64,000 bases of DNA. Source: Verrucomicrobiales bacterium (GTDB lineage: Bacteria > Verrucomicrobiota > Verrucomicrobiia > Verrucomicrobiales > V1-33). Below the pieces are notes generated by a model that did not search any database, was not told the origin of the DNA, and was given only the letters and a program-made list of their open reading frames with translations. Both the position numbers and the translations under genes were made by a program. The DNA lies in contig JANOAV010000122.1 in assembly GCA_031411295.1 (NCBI GenBank), positions 1-64,000 on the forward strand, given 5' to 3'. This document shows positions 59,601 to 64,000 of this stretch, piece by piece (positions within the stretch are counted from its first letter, which is position 1; each line of letters starts with the position of its first letter).

Positions 59601-62600
59601 GGCGGAAATATCGCCAGGGTCCGCAAAGGTGACTGCTCCACCAGTTAGGCTGGCGACCTGGGAAATCCCGGTGATGGAAACTCCGCTGGCATCCAACTGC
59701 ACCTTGAGAAGATCATCGCGCCCCGGCACCACAAAGTAGAGGGCTCCATTATAGTAAGCGAGATTCTTGGGAACCATGCTCGGGCTGAAGCCATTGGTGA
59801 CGGATTTGATGTCGCCCACGCTGGAATGCAAGCCAGTGGTCACGTCGAAGCGCCCCAGGTTCCACGCACCGTTACTGAGGAGCGTGTCTTGGAGATAGTA
59901 GAGGTAATTGCGGGTAGCATCGTAAGCTAATGCGCCAAGGTTGTAAGGCGCTGAACCGTTTAAGAGGACATTGACTCCGGTGGTGGGATCGAGGCGATAA
60001 ATGTTCGGGCTACCGTTAGTGGTGGCGAAGAAGGTAGTCGTCATCGGGGCAGCCGCACTTTGCCCACTGGCGAAATCAATGAAGGAAATGTTCGGCTGAG
60101 CTGTTGCCACTAGGGTGCTGGCGGCCGTGGTGGGATTGAGGGATTCAATGATGGCTCCGTTAGCCCCCGTGCCATACAACGTGCCACCGAGGAAGCCCAA
60201 GCCAGGATAATTTCTGGGAGCCACGCCCATGGCGGTCAAACCGGAACCAGTCTGCAGGTTGTAGCGATAGAGGGTAGGGATACTTGCGGAGGTGTTGACA
60301 AAATACAGCAGACCACTGTCGTTGAGCGCCAAGTCACCGATGGAAACGAAATTCGTGCCCAAGCTGATGGCGGTTTGTTCGATGACGGTATCCAAGGCGC
60401 TATTAAGCTGCACTTTCACCAAATTACTCGTGCCGGGATGGATGTAGTAAAGTGCCTGATTATAGTAAACCAAGTTTCCAGGGAAGTTGGAGGGACGCGT
60501 GCTCCCAACTTGCTTGAGGTCACCCAACGTGGCGGTGTGGATGTCCGCAGTGAGGTTATAGCGACCTACGCGCCAGGTGGCACTGGCGCTTTCTTCCAAG
60601 TAGAAAAGAGAATTGCTCACCGCATCGTAAGCCAGCGCACCCAGATTGTAAGGGGCTGCGCGATTAATAATTTTATGGACTCCCGTAACGGGATTCAATT
60701 GATAAATATTGGTGCCACCGTTGATGGCGTAGAACAAGCTGGTGGCGGTGGGAAGTGCGGGCGCATTTTCCTCTCCCGCATAGTCCACGAAGCCCTTGGG
60801 CGGATTTGTGGCGACGTTTGTGGTCTCCGTTCCGGCCGCATCCAGTTGGTAAATCTTGGTGTCCACCCCCTGCCGGTCAGCATAGATGGTGTTCCAGAGG
60901 TCGCGCTGCAAGCCGGGGTAATAAGCTTCCAACCCAGGGGAAGCAGTCGTTGTGGTGCGTTTTGCGGTGTAACCGGACAGCGTGGTAAGATTGAAGGTCG
61001 CCAACTCATTTTCGGATGCGATCCAGAGGAGTCCGGTGGAGGTCGTGGTGATGTCCCCGATGTATCCAAGGTTGCTGGCTCCATTCGTCAAATCCGCCAC
61101 CTGGTTTTGATTAGCGATGGCATTACCCAGCAGATCAATGCGGACCAAGTCATCGGTGTTACTATGAATGTAGTAAAGGTTTCCGTCGAAGAAACTGAGA
61201 TTGCTGGGGCGCGCGGTTGGGTTGTAGTTCCAAGTGCCCGCCACGCTGGGTTCATCGAGATTCCCCAGAATCGTATGGGTATTGGTCGCCAGATCATACT
61301 TGGCGAGACGCCAGTTCGGGGTGGCGTTTTCGGTGTAGTAGATGACTTGTGACGCCGCATCGTAGGCCAGAGCATTGAGGTTGAAAGCAGCGGCAGTGGT
61401 CAGCGCAGTGACCGTTCCGGTCGTGGGGCTGACGCGGAAAATGTTGGGACCACCATCCGTCGCGAATTGAGAGCCGCTGGTGATCGGAGCATCACTATAG
61501 GGGGACGTAAAGTCACTGATCGCCAAGCCCACCCCGCCATTGTAGCTGCCATCCCACAAGTAGGTGGTGGCTCCGTTGAAGGGATTGACGCGATAGCCCT
61601 TGGTATTGATGTGTTGCAGTGCACCAATCATTTGACCTGATGCACCAAATGTCAGGGCCGCATAATCCGCCCCTTCATCGCTCCCTTTGGAGGTCTTCAA
61701 AATTTGCGGTCCGGTCAGCAATTGGAGATTGATGCGGGCCAGGTAATCAGTATCCCGGGTGGAGAGGTAAGCGGAGGAATCCGGTGCGATGGCCAACGTA
61801 TCCCAATCCTGAGCGGCAACTCCAATATCCCAGACCTTACTGGCCGCAGTGATGCTGCTGGCACCTACGGTCACTTTCACCAAATCATCGGTGTTCTTGG
61901 CTACGTAGTAGAGGAATCCATTCTGATAAGCCAAATTGTGCGCAGCGGCAGTTGGCGTGTAGGCCAGTCCACCCGCTTTCAGGCTACCGAGCAGCGTGTT
62001 GCTGCCGGTGCTCAGGTTGAAGACAGATAACTGAATATCACCAGTGCTGGCAAGATCATCTCCAGCGGTGTAGAGCAACCCATTCACGTGGTCCATGGCG
62101 ATGGCGCTTGGGGTTAGCGGGACTTGCGAAGTGACGAGGGCTTCTTTGCCCGTGGCCAGATCCAGACGATAAATGGAGGTGCCGGCGGCACTGATGAAAT
62201 AGGTCAATCCCGTGGTGTCGATGGCAACATTTGGCTGCGGAGCGGCAAAGTCAAAGAAGCTCACGGAGGGGGTAAAGCTGGCGACGAAGGTTCCGGCACC
62301 CGTCGTTTTGCTCACTTCATAAAGTTTCCCCGGTTCCGCATTACTCACCCCGAGCAGTTTTCCGGCTGCGGTGGTCACCAACCCGGTCCAGTAGGTCGCA
62401 GGAGCGGCAGTCTTGATGCTGAAGGAAGACTGGGTTTGATAGTTCCATGTAGCGAAGGCGTTGCTGGCGGAGATGAACATCGTGCCAGACGTGTCCGTGG
62501 CGATATCTCCCACATTCGTCAATGCCACATTGTTGTTCAGATCGGCCACCTTCGACTGCGTTTTGACGGTGGGAGTGCCGCTGTCGGCAAATTCGATGGC

Positions 62601-64000
62601 GATAAGGTCGTCCGTGCCCTCCGCAATGTAATACAAACGACCATTCAGGAACATCAGGTTGCGGGGCTGGCTGGAGGCTTGGTAAGCATAGACCGAATCA
62701 TTCAGCGTAGCGCGGATCGCATGGGTATTGGTGGCGGGCACGTATTCGCCCAAACGCCAGTTGCTGGAGGCCTGCTCGATGTAGTAAATGCGCGTCTCAT
62801 CGGTATTTACCGCCACGCTCTCGAGCGGGAAGGGCGCGTTACTAACCCAGTCAATGTTGTTGCCGTTGCCGCCGTCGAATTTGTAGATGCTGGTGTTGTT
62901 ACCGCCGACGGCATATAGGTTCGGAACCACGCCGATGAGGGTGATGGCGTCTGACAAATCGACGATGGGGTTGGCTTCGGTGCTATTGGACACGAAAGTG
63001 AGTGCCCCCGTGGTCTTGTTGACGCTGGAGAATTTCTTCCCGAGATCCCCCACCACACTAGCGGGGCGGGTGGCATACATGGCCTGATCGGATGACCGAA
63101 TTGCCAAACCTTGGTAAGTGCGGGGAGCCGCAGTGCTTACGGTGGAGAAGGCACTGCCGTCCGGCATCATGAATTTGCCATAGAAGTCCGACGTCGTTTC
63201 CCCGAAGTAAGCCAACCCGAGGTTATTGACCGTCAGGCCACCAATCTGCCAAGTGCTCACATTGTTGCTCAGGTCCTTGATTTTAACCTGAGAGGAAATG
63301 GTATTACCGCTGACAGTAATCTTCACGAGATCATCCGTGCCATCAGCGATGTAGTAAAGGCCATCTTGGAAGTAAACCAGGTTCTGCGCACGAGTGCCAG
63401 GGGTGTAGGCATAGGTGGCCGCTGCCCGCAGGTCTCCCATGAGGAAGTGCTGGCCGCTGGAGACCACATAGCGGGCCAGCTTGAATTCTCCCGCCGCGGC
63501 TCCACCCGTATAATAAATGATCTGGGTGGAGGCATCGTAAGCCACGGCATAGGGCTGGAATTTGGCGATATCGGTGAGGGACGTCACTTCCCCGGTATCA
63601 GGGTTAGCCCGGAAGAGGCTGAGTTTAGTATCTGCCACTGCGATCAGATCACCTGGTGCGGTGGGATCAGGGAGCGCTGGAGGGGCCGTGCCTGCGATAT
63701 CATGGAAGACGCGGTTAGAGGTGTAAGTGGCCGTGATGGCGCCAGCTCCCGTGAGTGGATCCACCACTTTACTCTTGGTGTTCTGAGCCGTGTCTACCCC
63801 GTAGAGTAGGCTGTTCGCGGCATACACCAAGGCCTGCCAATTGCTGGGCGGGCTGTTGGAAATGACGGCGTAATTGCTCTTGGTCAGCAAATTGTATTTC
63901 GCAAACATCGTGGAGGACGCGAAATACAACGTGCCGTCTGGGGCTACCGTGGCGGCATTAACCGCGCCCTGACTCACGCCACCGTTAAGCTTGGCGAACG
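53682..64000 (-). CDS. Giant repetitive extracellular protein (partial, >3430 aa): tandem ~250-aa beta-propeller-like modules and C-terminal delta-60 repeats
   Basis: Frame is open to the window edge (...FAKLNGGVSQGAV); recurring 'IYxLxPxTG', 'LAYD', 'NLxYxxGxLYYIxxGTDDL', 'GDLAxDxSG'; C-terminal 'YIGGDF...GIARL...VDPSY', 'GGTFSTF...IVRLNPDGSVDTTF'. Confidence 0.88.
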   Translation of the reverse strand, partial: FAKLNGGVSQGAVNAATVAPDGTLYFASSTMFAKYNLLTKSNYAVISNSPPSNWQALVYAANSLLYGVDTAQNTKSKVVDPLTGAGAITATYTSNRVFHDIAGTAPPALPDPTAPGDLIAVADTKLSLFRANPDTGEVTSLTDIAKFQPYAVAYDASTQIIYYTGGAAAGEFKLARYVVSSGQHFLMGDLRAAATYAYTPGTRAQNLVYFQDGLYYIADGTDDLVKITVSGNTISSQVKIKDLSNNVSTWQIGGLTVNNLGLAYFGETTSDFYGKFMMPDGSAFSTVSTAAPRTYQGLAIRSSDQAMYATRPASVVGDLGKKFSSVNKTTGALTFVSNSTEANPIVDLSDAITLIGVVPNLYAVGGNNTSIYKFDGGNGNNIDWVSNAPFPLESVAVNTDETRIYYIEQASSNWRLGEYVPATNTHAIRATLNDSVYAYQASSQPRNLMFLNGRLYYIAEGTDDLIAIEFADSGTPTVKTQSKVADLNNNVALTNVGDIATDTSGTMFISASNAFATWNYQTQSSFSIKTAAPATYWTGLVTTAAGKLLGVSNAEPGKLYEVSKTTGAGTFVASFTPSVSFFDFAAPQPNVAIDTTGLTYFISAAGTSIYRLDLATGKEALVTSQVPLTPSAIAMDHVNGLLYTAGDDLASTGDIQLSVFNLSTGSNTLLGSLKAGGLAYTPTAAAHNLAYQNGFLYYVAKNTDDLVKVTVGASSITAASKVWDIGVAAQDWDTLAIAPDSSAYLSTRDTDYLARINLQLLTGPQILKTSKGSDEGADYAALTFGASGQMIGALQHINTKGYRVNPFNGATTYLWDGSYNGGVGLAISDFTSPYSDAPITSGSQFATDGGPNIFRVSPTTGTVTALTTAAAFNLNALAYDAASQVIYYTENATPNWRLAKYDLATNTHTILGNLDEPSVAGTWNYNPTARPSNLSFFDGNLYYIHSNTDDLVRIDLLGNAIANQNQVADLTNGASNLGYIGDITTTSTGLLWIASENELATFNLTTLSGYTAKRTTTTASPGLEAYYPGLQRDLWNTIYADRQGVDTKIYQLDAAGTETTNVATNPPKGFVDYAGEENAPALPTATSLFYAINGGTNIYQLNPVTGVHKIINRAAPYNLGALAYDAVSNSLFYLEESASATWRVGRYNLTADIHTATLGDLKQVGSTRPSNFPGNLVYYNQALYYIHPGTSNLVKVQLNSALDTVIEQTAISLGTNFVSIGDLALNDSGLLYFVNTSASIPTLYRYNLQTGSGLTAMGVAPRNYPGLGFLGGTLYGTGANGAIIESLNPTTAASTLVATAQPNISFIDFASGQSAAAPMTTTFFATTNGSPNIYRLDPTTGVNVLLNGSAPYNLGALAYDATRNYLYYLQDTLLSNGAWNLGRFDVTTGLHSSVGDIKSVTNGFSPSMVPKNLAYYNGALYFVVPGRDDLLKVQLDASGVSITGISQVASLTGGAVTFADPGDISATDAGMLLFTNTPAVGTPSLYRYDIVGSTGFGVVGTLPRAEPALGLYQSNLYAAGSLQVDQLSQGNASLISSVNSSPALAFTDFAGPSANTPPAASDDLWAIAGYSAAPDPHLLRFRNYKNNGGNVASTDFGALAYRDGAATTLFTNAASVLGAMTVDASNRLYFVNSAATVIAGVTYERPLFTLNLNSLPSSGPVVASLVGDLGPGLRTAIGVTPLTSNEVVSGLAPGADGSLRLVVRIGNGATADALCRIISLTPSSAGNLAVGLVGTLQNGATNAGNARGLAIDSTGQAYVSDTDDLGVYKVNATTGSLTVAMHSTEASAGPLAVHLSDTDLVTALNNSTITKVVTGNANDTAYFNYFNLWGLSTPSALSFVGLAVTPPPAVTGYFAADGTSTIYRIDPATGSNMAITSAPFNVQSLGFDSATNKLYYVEAAASNWRVGRYDLTGNVHTIYNFNLTAPGGTNHTPITAQPENLFIANGGLYTIAPNTDDLIKIDLTPIGIDSLHKVADLNNDASQGAVTAATIDSNGMLYFASTAKLARYDLTIMGGYTLISNNPNIPWSSLVFNSSGSLYGVRGDDPYKTFSLDITTGAPTFVAPVLPKIAFTDISSTSGPYLPGSGYAFTSITNTPAILRTDLSTARAYFLTWQAKGDVEAVAFDQTNALVYYTVTTDNPQRLYAYDLRTDTHSAVRDALFQTDLKLIGTHRPTGTRAHNLTHFNGALYYIATGTDDLFKITFTSPYVIADQVRVADVAGNATVGSTVGAFTIDDLGQAYISYEDANVLARFDMRTFGGYTIIDSSAMNPRYYALTYDSSKLNGIPFDPVVSQKLYTLNVTTGARTLVGNVNPANQILDLATSTPNQPALPAPSANFFAITGGNKNLYRLEPTTGISALLNSSAPYNLGAIAYDGVSGNIFYLEDGANATWNVGKYTVGTSTHSATLGNIKTIATTATAYPGNLVYYNSALYYIQPGTSNIVKSQLDAGATIITGQSTISLGTTFNTVGDLALDDSGVLYWVSTNAGVNTFYKYNLRDATGFATIGTTTSAYPSLGFLTGKLYGTGGNAFVIDSLNLSSGVASVTANAQPQLTFTDFASASNASVPAPPAWAIGENTNAQLLKINGYDGAPTLTNYGDIRYPGSGGAATALAADSDIESFAVTTDNYAYFVRNKDTNVNGVLYGRPLFRVDLNTVTAGSVTATFVGDLDQALSSMNGAAITTSTNVEAVSGLAVGADGSLYAVYQRGTDTAVDKLFKITGLSVDGANNLTAWSAVGDITNGTNVGTNVDALEFHPNGTLYAFDSKDGEMLVINPTTAVVTSLHSTEASVTGKDLAISPTNNDFVSVNGTSKTLQRVVASGADTTLWSYNSAPPWGTPIFTDLPGFKFPARNFNPVPTPPAGLVYAVTGGNKDIYTLNLTTGATVKVVDNAAAFNVSSLAYDPVQNTVFYLQDTATGYSLGSWQIATNVHTAVYNLTTGNNYNSTVKPTNLSWWGGYLYFIEPGTDDLIRITTSPTIGTEQTKVRDLTANTVAFASVGDLAVDDSGMMYFSAIAGGNSIMAKFNLTTMSTYTQIASTAGTADYCESIVFGPDAGSGRPLYVARDAARTIIRTLNPTTGAISGTSTATTPGLALLDTSDLHLNAASYAGAYYAVAGGTDRNIYQVNPETGTSSTLTTAAAAFAGLSAIAWDQANGYLYYVEETASNFKLGRYSLDSGSHLALGSLQGSFTYSPTSKPGNLAFMRGGLYYIATGTDDLVRIDVSSTAIVNQVQIADLNGNVSLVNVGDLTCGNAYVAYFTAGSKLYSFNVQTLAPATVVSTFTQGTPDALSINAAGTQFYGVFNPAVGPTLTTQIHKISLTGSVSTNVSTGALAFRDLAGPDLSRPDDVSNLFYIGGDFGASATAHRGIARLSTTTGAVDPSYQTGTGNNSGTEVKAILPVGNGQVLGGGTFSTFGGQTRTSIVRLNPDGSVDTTFAPIFK

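Overview
Bacterial genomic window, most consistent with a Verrucomicrobiaceae-like (PVC superphylum) organism: PEP-CTERM protein, PVC-type CxxCH heme proteins, DUF1080, PQQ-like propellers and DxDxDG-type C-terminal domains. Layout: (1) 0.5-15.6 kb, secreted/surface proteins, including a beta-helix protein with 14 IVANGGGN-type octapeptides, a 2779-aa SdrD-B/DUF11/DNRLRE adhesin and a GYAYAANIGWI-repeat protein; these three share a C-terminal module, and a mirror-oriented 21-bp-periodic motif array lies between the first two. (2) 15.6-47.7 kb, mostly core and metabolic genes: tRNA-Glu, polar amino-acid ABC transporter, heme/HEAT dehydrogenase-like protein, fasciclin, ECF sigma, mgtE, aldehyde dehydrogenase, an operon divergent from a XylR-type regulator (DJ-1, Tat TIM-barrel, pentaheme cytochrome, propeller), DUF1080, cstA, squalene/phytoene synthase, ppdK, plus two MITE/REP-like palindromic elements. 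(3) 47.7-53.7 kb, a more AT-rich candidate defence islet: frameshifted GNAT-like gene, small coupled ORF, a 1458-aa NACHT/STAND ATPase with a C-terminal PD-(D/E)xK nuclease, and a truncated four-helix-bundle gene. (4) 53.7-64 kb, the 3' part of a giant (>3430 aa) protein of about 14 tandem beta-propeller-like modules ending in delta-60 repeats. At least five accessory genes carry lesions (in-frame TGA, in-frame TAA, 7-bp triplication, G7 run, truncation). No CRISPR array, rRNA, transposase or reverse transcriptase was seen. All family calls come from motif recognition by eye, not database searches.
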